From NCBI GenBank assembly GCA_964247055.1, contig OZ176050.1:13516001-13580000 (forward strand): 64,000 nucleotides of DNA. The letters are read 5' to 3'. Positions 1 to 11,761 of this stretch are shown one piece after another. Source of the stretch: Paragordius varius (taxonomy: Eukaryota > Animalia > Nematomorpha). The stretch's first letter is position 1. Each line of letters begins with the position of its first letter. A program made the position numbers and the translations under genes. The notes below the pieces were generated by a model. That model worked only from the letters and a program-made list of their open reading frames with translations. It searched no databases and was not told where the DNA came from.

Positions 1-174
1 AATTTAAAGCCTATGCGCCTTTTTTTATATAATATAATATAAAATTTGCAAAATGACAAGCAATTTTATTAAGTAAAATTCGTTTGATTTATAATATTTA
101 ATTGCGAATGTATTTAAATGATGTACAATATAACATAATTTTTAGTTTTAATTTTTTTATTTTAACATTTTTAG

Positions 175-1109
175 ATATTCCCATCCGTTGATAATGTACG
201 TGAAAGCCTTGAAGGCTACATCGCGGGTGGATCTTTACCCTATTCCTATCACACTCATTCGCGACAACTTTACCTCTCGAATTACATGTGTGAATGGAAA
301 TGTGAAACGTGGAATAGAACACGAGCCTCACCTCACATAAAATCTTATGCCCGAGTTAACATTAAAACGCATCAAGTGGAATGGTTTATATTAACTAGGT
401 AGGTAGTTTTTAATTTTTAGAGGTTTTTTATTAACTGAGTAAGTTTTTGTGTTTAAAGTTATATATATGGATTTTGTCCTCTATTAACTCGGTTTTATTA
501 TTGTCGCTGTTTTTACTTAAAATTATTTCGTTTTTTGCATTTTTATGTGTTGTATTTAGGGTTGGGTTTGATCGGTTAGGAATGAATATGTGAACGCTAT
601 ATCTGTTTTAGAAAAGAATTATTAAAAAAAAATTACCTGATTGTTAAAAATAAACGGTATTAAAATTGAATTTAATGTAAATTTTAATTCATTTGCTCTA
701 ATATTATTAGTTAATTTCGTATTTTTTCATCATACATTTGCATTTGTTTTAATAAGTGTTGTGTACTTACTAGAACATTTTTTTATAAACGATGAAAACC
801 AAATTCAATCTTTCGTGCATATAAATAAAATGTTTCAAAATAATGTGTACGTTCAGTGCAAACTTATCAAAAGCTGCGTGGGGAACGTTCGAAAAAAATG
901 GGACTCAAATAGCAATCCGTTCATATGAACTTGGTATTTTATTTTTACCGCGTAACCCCTTATCTGAATCAAAGGAAACGCTTGGTCCAGCCCAACAAAT
1001 TTTACCCTATGATCTGCCCTTAACTAAATACAAACCGGGTCAAAACCCGTGGTTAGTTGATCTCAATTATGATGAGTGTGATGGATTGGGTCACACATGG
1101 CCCCTTTAA
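175..1109 (+). CDS. TDP1: Tyrosyl-DNA phosphodiesterase 1, last two coding exons (5' part lies outside the window)
   Basis: Exons 175-398 and 857-1109, joined in phase 2 by a GT-AG intron (399-856). The translation IFPSVDNVRESLEGYIAGGSLPYS...SPHIKSYAR...WFILTS|ANLSKAAWG...IRSYELGILF...PYDLP...PW contains the second HxK...SxN catalytic motif and the C-terminus of TDP1. Confidence 0.95.
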
Positions 1110-2458
1110 ATACTTATTTCATAGTCTATAATTATTAAAATTTTGTAAATTATAAAGAATTATATATGAATAAATTATTTACTAACTATGAATTATGGTT
1201 ACAATATATCGAAAATATAATTTTTATTGAAACTCTGCACTCTTCGAAGAAAATGCAATTTTTTTAATGTGGATATTTATTATTGACAGTTATAGGATTT
1301 AATTTTTTGAATATATGTTTAGGGTTTGAAGTTGTATGCTACAATGTTTAAAAATATTTTAATCAACTTGAGGCGATGGAAATGTTTCGAATTATATAGA
1401 TTAAGTTTTTTTATATCTAACAGCGTTGTACCGTTTATATCACTCAAATATAAAATACGCTTCAACAAAATGTTGCTAAAAATTAAATTTTTCAAAATAT
1501 GCATTTTTTTAAAATATTTTTTTCATATCGAATTCAATATCTAAAAAAAATTATCATGCAATCTAGGCATTTTTGCGTTTATTTTAAGAGTAATAGCCGA
1601 TTTTAGAAAAGCAAAGTTTTTTGAAGCTTTCGGAACCCACATCTTAAAATTAAAATTTTAAAATATTGTTTTGCTTTTTATTATTATATATATTAGTGAT
1701 ATTTTTTGGAATGAAGCATTTAGCTTTCGCCAAAAAAAATTTATTTAAAAAAAATGCCCGCAAATTTTGAAATTTTCTGAAAGGAAGACTTATTACAAAA
1801 GTGTAAATTACTTTTAAGTCAGTCGTAGGCCAAAACCAAGCTCCATGATAATCTTGATATAATTGTTACCTATCAGAATACATATATTTTTCATCAAATA
1901 TTTTTTTGTGTAATAACTCTCGTAATTGAACAGTAAATAATGCTCATATGTTTTGTTATCTTAAATTTTGGCATTTGTATGCAAATTTAATTTAAATCTT
2001 GAGATTTTAAAAACGCATTTGACAGCGCTATAATCCAACGAAACAATGCTAAAATTATTAATAAAATCATATTACTAAAGAAATTAAATATAATGAATAA
2101 TTTTATCTAAAAATATATGGAATCTAATTTCAAAAGGTAATCCTTGTGGGAAATCAGTATCATAACCCCTTAAATTTGAACATGTTTAGACTATTTTTAT
2201 ATGGAGTGTATTTTCTTAGATTCGGAACAGTTGTCTTTTACAATTTTCTGTCCTAATAAAGGGTTGGTTTTATTAGTTATATTTGGATTAATGATTTTAA
2301 AAGTTGCTATTTAGAAACCATGAAATTTAATCAATAATATCACCTATAAATACACATCTTTTTTATATTTTTAATAAACGATTGGGAATTAAAATATGTT
2401 TTGAGCAACAATCAACACATAAATATAAAAATTATAGTTTAATAACAAGAAAAAAATA

Positions 2459-4445
2459 ATGCGTTATTGGGTAGATTTTGATGGATTAATACATATAGCG
2501 TTGGAACATGCTGTGCAACTTCAAATAAATCCAATTTCAAAGTCTTGTATGCTCATACACAATAATGAACAATTTGACACTTACAATTTGCTATCTGGGC
2601 TAAAACCGAATTATTCGTTAGGCGACACTAATAAACCCTTAGTTAATACAATAGACAATAATACCTCCGGCTCCGGCTCGTCATCATTAACTAATTTATT
2701 TCTGTTTTGGGATATGGAAACACAAATTACTGATGAAAACACTGGCAAAAGTACTAAAAGTACCAATATAAATAGAAATTCCACAATCATTATCCATTCA
2801 AACACTGTTTTGAACATTGCCGCAAAGAGTGTAGATATAAGCTTAGCCCATCATGCTGATAACAAAAAGCTACGGTTTGAGTGGCCAAATTGTGTAAAAT
2901 TTGGTCTTGGGATCAAACAAACGGCATACTATTTGGATGAAAATGGACTAGGTCTTGTATTAGATCCAGGAACCTTTTTCAGCCAAGATACTAATATTGC
3001 TAACCCGCAAAATTTTTTACTCCCGTTAACGAAAAATGTGAGGAATGATGCATGTTTCAATGATGTGGATTATGCTAAAAAGTATTGGACAAACCATACA
3101 AACAACAATAGCAATGGTTCAACAAATGAATCTAGCCTATTTAATACGACTCCTTTATCATTGGCTGAGAATCAACCGCAACAAACTAATATGATTGGTG
3201 TAAAGGAAGGGGGTGATCTTGAAAGTAATCCAGTAACCAATCACATATCACCCGAATTTGGGCAATTTAAAAGGTTACAATGAAAAAATTTAATATTAAT
3301 ATCTTGATTTGTAGAAAAGTTTTATATTAGCGGTATTTGACTCTATAGGTCATTTTAAGCATTTCAATAAATTACCTTTAGGCTCAATAACCTTTACAAA
3401 CTTGTGAACTAAATTTTCTATTACGCTTAAGAACAATTATATAATTATATACTATTTACTCTCTCAAATCACACGTCAAATTCATCCTCGATCATTACAA
3501 TACACCCTTAAAAATTTCAATTTTAACTCTTGAATGAACATTTCAAATTTACCCTAAAAATAAATTGTTTTTAGAAATTTAAAAAATTACCTACATTTTT
3601 GATACTTTTAAAAAATAAAATTTGTTTAAAATTAACATTGTACAGAAAAAAATAAACTATGCCATAAATATTATTTATATGAATAATGAGTTAGATTGGA
3701 ACCATATATTATTGCAAGGGTTTTAATATGTTTGAGGGTAAATATATTCAAGGGTGGATATGAAATGTTTGAGGGTGAATTTGAGGTGTTTGAGGCTATT
3801 ATGTTTAATCAAAATAAATGATTTACTATGTCATAAAGAAATATTTATATCAATAATAGATTAGATTAACCCAAAAACTATATCTTATTGCAAGGGTATT
3901 AAAATGTTTGAGGGAGAATTTAATATATTATTGGGTGGATATGAAATGTTCAAGGGTGGAAATGTGTTCAAGGCTAAATTTAAGTTGTAAATGTTATAAT
4001 ATAGTATGTAATTTCTTACAGAATAATACTCTTTGGGGGTAAACTGAAGATTTGTCAATTTACACAAGATGGACAAATTGTGATATCTACAATGGTATCA
4101 GGAACAGGTAATCCTAATACTCAAAATACCCATACCATATTCTATAATCCGGATACTCGTAAGCTAGAATTCTCATTTTTACCCTTGTGTGAAGGGACTC
4201 TTGAATATGGCGGAGTATATAACTTAAAGTTTGGACCTACATCTCACATGCCTAAAATGGCACATAATCCTTTAAATAACAGCACCAGCAATAATAATAA
4301 TAATATGGTTTTTACTAATTGTTGCGGTAATAAAAATGGCTGTATAAAGGTTAATGGGAGTCAACTTAGATTTACGGTTCATAATGAAAAATTTGCAACG
4401 GGTTATGATTTGGATAACAAATTGTTCTTTAAAAAATTGGCTTAA
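2459..4445 (+). CDS. Uncharacterised protein of about 412 aa, two coding exons; 5' end uncertain
   Basis: ORF 2459-3273 ends AAA AG|gttaca and joins ttcttacag|A ATA ATA CTC at 4022 in phase 2; the frame stays open to the stop at 4445. Composition is coding-like in an AT-rich background. An in-frame AG at 2436-2437 allows an additional upstream exon. Confidence 0.8.
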
Positions 4446-5303
4446 TACTAACACTTATGTGTTTAATGATTTATTTTTGTAGAAAAGAACGTTTCTTATT
4501 TATTTATTTGGCTAATTAAATAAATGAATGATGATTTTAATCCGATCAATAAAAACTATATTTATACGGACAAAAAGAAAAAATATAAAGACAAATATTT
4601 TTTTCTAACAGACAACCATACTTTTATAAACCTTAATTTTATCTCAAATAAATTATATAATACTATTGTAAAATATATAATCGATTGTAACCAATATACA
4701 TATCAATTCTATATTTTGCAATTTAAAACAATGAGTTATCCTTTCAAAAATGAAGTTTAAAGTATGGTTGTCTTTTAGAAAAAACATTTGTGTTAATATT
4801 TTTAGGTTTTGTCCATATAATTTAAATATTTACTGTAAATAAGCAGTTTTTAAATCATTGGACGGAATTAGCAAATTTACCAAGGAGTTTAATATTTCCA
4901 AATTTAAAAACACAGTAAAATTTATTAGTAGACCTAACGAATAGATATCGTACATTTCTCTGATCAATTATCTAATTAGTTACATAAAATTTATCTGGTA
5001 AATATTTCAAAACGATTTTATGGTTTTTGTCTTAATAGATGTTAAATCCGTAAGATAATGATAAACGAAAATTAAATAAATAGCTTTAATATTTGTCTAA
5101 ATTTTGGAGGAATTAAATATTAACATTTAGCATGGTAAGATAAAAAATGGGAAATTTAAATTAATGCTATTAAAATTTTGAACCTAAAAATGTTTGTTAG
5201 AATTGTGCCCGTGCAAAAAAAGGACAAAAGATATTGATGTTAAATGGTCAATTTTAGTCAAAAGGCATGAATTAAAAAATGTTTTATTGGAAGCCACGTT
5301 AAG

Positions 5304-5542
5304 CAGGAGTGTCCAACAAGCAGTTCTCTAAAACAGAAATCCATAATTTGATAAAAAAATCTTAGCAAAATTGATAATGACTAGACATAGTGACAAAACC
5401 AACAAGAAAATATTGTTATATTGTGTTTTGATTATATATTTAACAAAATAATTATTAAAGCTCATATTAATAAAAATGCGGCCTGCGAAATTTTTTGTAT
5501 CGAAAATGCGGCCCGCGAAGCTATTTTTGTTGGACACCGCTG
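5304..5542. mobile_element. hAT-like MITE (Charlie/Buster-type ends)
   Basis: Left end CAGGAGTGTCCAAC; right end GTTGGACACCGCTG (reverse complement CAGCGGTGTCCAAC). Two subterminal GCGGCC(T/C)GCG motifs. The 8-bp TSD is only partly matched. Confidence 0.6.
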
Positions 5543-7240
5543 ATTTAAGGCAAACAAATTTTATGCAACGTATGACATAATGAAAGTTTGTCCATAATTA
5601 AATAAACAGGATTAATAATGAAACATAGAAAAGTAATTGCTTAATTTTAATCATTTGTGGTTCGACACAATAATAGGCTAGTGTACAGCAGCGTATGGCA
5701 TAAACCATTATTAGTCCAATAAAAAATTAAAAAACAGACCTAGTTGTTTATACACATATCCATTATATCCCCTTGTTTTTTTAAAAAAACATTTTTTTAT
5801 TCTTTTTTATAATATTGTTTTATGCCATAGGCTACGACTTTTCGAGATTTATTGAAAAAAAAATAAAACACCATTCAAAATATTTGATTTTTTAAGTCGC
5901 GTGAAAACGTTCAATGATAAATTCTGTTTTTAATGATTTTTTTGCGATCTATTTAAATATATATATTGTTAAGGTTGTAAAAATAATTCATCAAAAAAGT
6001 AAAGCATAATTTTTTTTTCTTGATATAATAACACTGCTCAACAAGGTTTTGCACCACCCCATTATTTTTGCATTTTCTGATAACTAATGGCATGGAAAGG
6101 CCAAAACAAAAAAGAAAATTGAGGCCACCAATAGGATTTTTCCAAAATTTAATTTTTAAATTTGTATTTAATTTAAAAATAACAATCATTCCTCGTATAC
6201 ATATGTTTAAATATTCAAACGAACAAGTCGATACAAGTAATATTCCATGCATGAATAACAAAATTCTAGGCATTAAATAAGATACTAAACAAGCTAAGAG
6301 CCAAAGTATTAAAAATCTAAAAGGGGCTTATGTATAGTGTGATAGATCCGGGCGGCTGCACAAGCTCTGCATATCCCCCAAGCGATCCAATTATGCCAGA
6401 TATGGCAAATAAGTAATCGTAAAGCCCGATAAGAGAGACCTGCAAGCAAAATCCAGGCAAATTGACATGTCAAATTAACCAATTCACGGAATAAAGTTAG
6501 ATAAATTCTACAATTAAATTGAATAAAAAGATTAGGTAAATACAAATGGTCCAATCCCATAATAGTAAATTCTACTAAAAGTGGCTACACAACATCCATC
6601 TGAAATTAAAAATACAAAACAACCAATAATTTTAAAAAATAAAGTATATCCACTAGGTATAAATAAAGGATTTTTTGTAAGCAACTCAAGATAAAAAGCC
6701 TAATAAGTAATCGAAAGGACGAAAACTAACAAAAAAATTTAGCCTATCTAAAAGCCGAAGGTTTAAACCATAGAATGCCTTTTTTTAGTATTTTTTTAAA
6801 AAAATTTTTATACGTATTAAAAATTCACTTGAAAGAAAAAGACTAAATTTTGACGTTTAAGTCCGTACTATTTTTTTCTCTCTGATATTTAAATGACATA
6901 TTTATATTCAGATAGAGTTTAAAACGCTTTATTAAATGATATTAAGTTTATAATATAGTAACATTTTATTATAAAGTTATATTTAATTTTCTCTCGATTT
7001 TCTCTTGTTTTTGAAAAATTGAAAAACCTATAATATTAAATTCTGATTGGCGGGATCAAAATTTTTTTCACATTCGGTTTTAAAACACTGAAATTAGTCA
7101 TAATTTAAAAGTATGAGTGGTGGTGCTCAAAAATGTCCAAATTTGTCGACTAGTGTAATTTATTCTATTATCTAATTCAATCCATAAATATGTGAAAAAT
7201 ATTACAAAGTTGTTATAATAAAATCTTTTTTTTGCACGGG

Positions 7241-9040
7241 GTGGGCCCGAACTGGGGGCCTAACATAAAAAAGGGCGAATTTGGGCATTCATTTATAATT
7301 ATATTTTTCCGACATTGGATTTATATGGGTCTACCGGTTTTCCGGAAACATTTATATAAATATTAATATAAAAAATAAATGGATTGTAAACAATGTTTGA
7401 TGTAACAAATGATTAAAATGTTGTTAGAAGGCATATAAATAGAAATGGTGGAAACAATAGCCAATATTAAGAAATAATATTGATATCAAAACAAAATATA
7501 GGGTGTTCGGTATCGTTCAATAGCTAAAGAATGCATTTTCGACTATTACAGTCAGTTTAAAATATCAATATAAAGCTAACAATGCCTCAAATTTTGGAGG
7601 GAAATAAATTTATATTAGAAATGAAAATCTATATTATAAATAATATTGTATTTATAACATATTGCATTTAATTTTTAGTAAAAGATTACAATTTGGAGTA
7701 GTTATCATTTTCTCAGGTGATTTTATTAAATTAATATTGTATTTATATCATATTGCATCTTTAATTTTTAATATAAGATTACAATTTGGAGTAGTATCAT
7801 TTTGTCAGGTGATTTTATTAAATTTACCGTCATAAACATGATAGTGTAAGTTGGAGCCTTTAAAACCGGTATATAAAAAAAGGGCTCAACAAAATTGTGA
7901 TCCATATATGTGGCTTAGTTCAAAACATTATTTATTTGTTATGATCTCATAGGATTTTCAAAACGATGCATTCATACTAATATATTGTTTTCTGGTGAAA
8001 GGGCCCCAAATTGACAGCTAAAGGAAAAACCGCTATACTATAATTCTTACCTTTTTATGGTCATTATTTAAAGCATTTATTGAACTCGTATGGCTTTTTA
8101 TGTTTTTTGGAAACATTTTGACTCAGTCTTAAACCGCTAGATCCCTACCAATAGACGACCTCTATTGAAAAAGCGCTTAGATTCTATGCCTTTATAGGGC
8201 AAATATTTGGAATCATCTTTGATACCATCGTCTCATGAGTTATTTAAAAAAAACCTCAGCACTAAATAATCGTTATGATGGCGTATTTTTAGGGCCTAAA
8301 GACCCCAATTAACTGTAAAAAAACGGCTGACCTTAATTTTTACCTAGTTACGGGCAATATTTCAGGCCCTTATTAAACTTATATTGCCTGATATAAGTTT
8401 TATAAAAATTACCTCCAAAATAATGCAATTTCTATATAGTGGTCCAGATTTTGGCTGGTACTCCCACTCAGGGGCTGATACAAAAAACGCGCTTGATATT
8501 TTTTTGCCTTTTTACGGAGAATACCTGGAATCATGACTATTCCATATGCTCTCATTAGTTTTTAGAAAAGTTGCCTTAAATTGAATATCATTCTATGGTG
8601 GGGCATTTTTTGGGAGTGAAGGGTCTAATCAACGGCTAACTTTAAAAAACCGCACGATCTGAATTTTTGCCTTGTTACAGATAATATTTTAAGCATCTGT
8701 TCAGCTCATATGACCTGATAGTCTGAAATTTCACTCTTTTCGATATGACGGTTCAGTTTTTAGCGGGTATCTGTTTACCCAGAAGCCAATATAAAAAAAA
8801 CGCATGACTAAAATTTTTACCTTTTTGAATGTTTACGGTCTCATACCTTGGGCGAAAACTAGATTCAAAAAATTATTTTTGTGGACTACTGTTTTCAAAA
8901 CAGCCCGTTTTTTACAGGTGGGCCCGAACAGGGGGCCTAATTCAAAAAAAGGGCGAAGCTATTTGGTCATTCATTAATGATTATATTTTTTCGACATTTG
9001 GATTTAAATGGGTCAGCGGTTTTCAGGAAACAGATCACAA
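7241..9040. repeat. ~110-bp direct repeats (7241-7350 and 8918-9035) bracketing a diverged tandem array with ~310-bp period
   Basis: gtgggcccgaac.gggggcctaa..aaaaaagggcgaa..tttgg.cattcatt...ggaaaca occurs twice. Motifs such as aaaaaa(g/c)gc and tctcat recur at about 7880, 8172, 8487 and 8800. Confidence 0.6.
7640..7825. repeat. Tandem duplication of about 95 bp
   Basis: Two adjacent copies of aatattgtattta..catattgcat..aagattacaatttggagtag..tcattt..tcaggtgattttattaaatt. Confidence 0.85.
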
Positions 9041-9649
9041 AGCCAGCATTTTCCATTTTTTTAAATATATAGAAAATCTCATAATCATCACAAAATTTTC
9101 AAATTTTTAAAATAGGCCTTATTTCAGCTTAGAATCGTATAAAGTATAAACACCTTCCCACAAAGAATGCGCTAGTTTGTGGATGTTAGGAAAGTTTTAT
9201 AATAATCCAAAAAACCTTTTTTTATTAATTATTTTCTACTATACATTCAAATCTAAAAATTATACTCTTATATATTATTACAATAAAGGGGGGTTAGAGC
9301 GGATACGGGGACCCATGTATATTTCGTTCGACTTGTATAGAGGGGGATGGATCCACTGTATTTAATATAATTTTTATCTTGTTCAGGTCCAAAAAATAAT
9401 TAAACGAAAAACATAATAAACAGTCTAAACCTTTTGTGAAAAAGCTAGTGTTACTTTTTGTATCTGAACACGCTTTTAACAGTTTTTTGATGAGTGAAAA
9501 AATTGATAGATGCATAATCGTGACATTTTTGTGTGATCTTGGGTTTTGGCATATAATCACACTGGGGTGAAAATAAGGAGTATTTAACAAAGCACAACCA
9601 TACTTTATGACATCCTGGATGAAAGATTCATCTAATGTATATTTATTGC

Positions 9650-10430
9650 ATTGTCTGCAAAAAAGAGGGTCAATTTTTTTTTAACAAATTTTTTTTTTCA
9701 TGAGATAGCTTATAACCAGCGTATCCATTTACCCCAAACATAATGTCAATTTTTAACATATACATCTGCAAAATTAATTTTTTGCTATTATGTACTTACA
9801 CTGTGTGCAAAAAAATTTTCGATAAAATTTCAGCTCAGGGGATGACGTTTTTATTCACACTTAAAAGACAAAAAAATTTTAAAGAAACTCTATTAAAATA
9901 TTTTTTTGAAAGAATTGTTGGTTATTATTCCACTAGCTTTAAATCCTTTGCATAAATTATATACTTAATAATTTCACTCATGTAAGATTTCAAAAAATCA
10001 TTATAAATTTTTAATACATTCATAAACCAGATGACAAAAAAATGCAAAAATTAAAAAAAATTGTTTTGGTCTTATTTTGATATTAGTTTTTTTGACTGAA
10101 TAAAATATGAATGTTAGGATTTTAAGGGTGAGTTTAGGTAGTAAATAATAATTATTTTAATATAATTTCTATAAAAATTTTTGTCTTTAAGTATGTTTAA
10201 AAACGCCATCTCTGATCTGGAATCTTATAGAAACCCTAACCGTATGATTTTAGGCTATTTGTATATTGAAACTATTGCTAAAATAATAATTATCTCTAAT
10301 TTCATCATTATTTTTTGAATTATCCTTAATTTTCACTTTTTGCCCGATTTCCTCAATATTTCAAAAACTAGGTTGTCAATAATAAAAATTTTTCCGGCAA
10401 ATGAATATTCATAAGCTATCTCTATATTTT
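9650..10430. mobile_element. Fragments of a TIR element family also present at 29080-29198
   Basis: 9650-9735 is the reverse complement of 29113-29195 (gaatacgctggtcataagctatctc...aaaattgaccctcttttttgca), and 10365-10420 matches 29080-29145. The terminus TA|CTGTGTGCAAAAAA is seen at about 9800 and 29197. Confidence 0.65.
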
Positions 10431-10724
10431 GCATTTGTAATTCAGTAGCTTATATTTGAAAAATTAAGGGATAAAAAAGTTGTTTTTTTGGTTTTCCGTA
10501 TAATTTCAAATTTTACAGTAAAAAACTTAAGTAACTTAGAAAATATGCGTAAAACAGAGTGCTGATAAAGGAAACCATATTATATTAATATATTATAATG
10601 ATTATATCACAAAAGTGGATACAATCTTATCCGATCTATATATAAAATGATACACAAAACAAATCCCTTCCTAATGTTCACAACAAAATAATCACAATCT
10701 TTTAAATTCCCAAAAATGGGTAAA

Positions 10725-11150
10725 AGGCATTGCATGTGCCCAAACCAATAGTATATGGGTATCCCTAACCAATGATAATCCATAAAATAACCTTAACAAA
10801 CAATTCGGGTGGTAAATTAAAAAAATTCTTAATAACAAACAACAATTTTGAATTTCTAGAAATTTAAATAATAATTGGTTGGAAAAATACAATATTTTGA
10901 ATCTGTATACTAGCGAATCCCTTTAAATTAAATTACATCAGCCAACATTCTTATCAAAAAGATATAAATTTGGAAGAAATTTTACATTTTGGTCACATAA
11001 TAATTTCTTTATATTCAACAATGAATTCTATCCACAATCAATAGTTTACCCATGGGTCTATCGATTTCACCAATATTAACGGATTTAAATTTGGAAATTT
11101 TGAAATATATTATCACACAATACTTTTTACTATAGAAAAGTTGACAATAT
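10725..11150 (+). pseudogene. Possible decayed kinase-like coding remnant
   Basis: One frame stays nearly open for about 140 codons with a few stops: ALHVPKPIVYGY...ILHFGHIIISLYSTMNSIHNQ*FTHGSIDFTNING. This loosely resembles the helix plus HGDxxxxNI catalytic loop of kinase folds. Confidence 0.25.
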
Positions 11151-11761
11151 AATTATAATTAGGACTCATTTGATAAAACTCCAACCACTAGTAATATTAA
11201 AATTAACTCACTACTTTATATAAAAATGTAACAGCTAAGATAATATCGCCAATATTTAAAAAAATAACATCAATGATATAAAACCACAGGGAAAAAATTA
11301 AAAATTAATAAAGAAAGAAACTCAAAACTGATACTGAGGGATCTGATGTATACTATAAATTCTATAAGTTTTACGTGACAAACGGCAAAAGGACAAGTTA
11401 GAGAATTATTATATAAGGTTTGAAAAAATTTATTATTAAAAAAGATATAGTAGAGTTTGCTTTTACATCATGAGATTGAGGAACAATGTGACTTCTATAC
11501 TTATTAATAAAAAAGATCGAATTATTAGGGCGGACTTAGAATGTCTTTTTAACTATTTTAAATATTTTTATAGTTGTATATAGGTTTATTATTTAAATCA
11601 GTTTAAAATAAATTTCCTTTAGAAAATTTGAACATTTTTACTGAATTATACTAGTTTTCAATCTGCTCTTCCAATAAAAATTTTACTATTAAGTTTTTGT
11701 ATTAAAAATCATACGGTCTACTTAAACGTGTTATTCATCACGTTTTAGATAGGAGGCCCTG

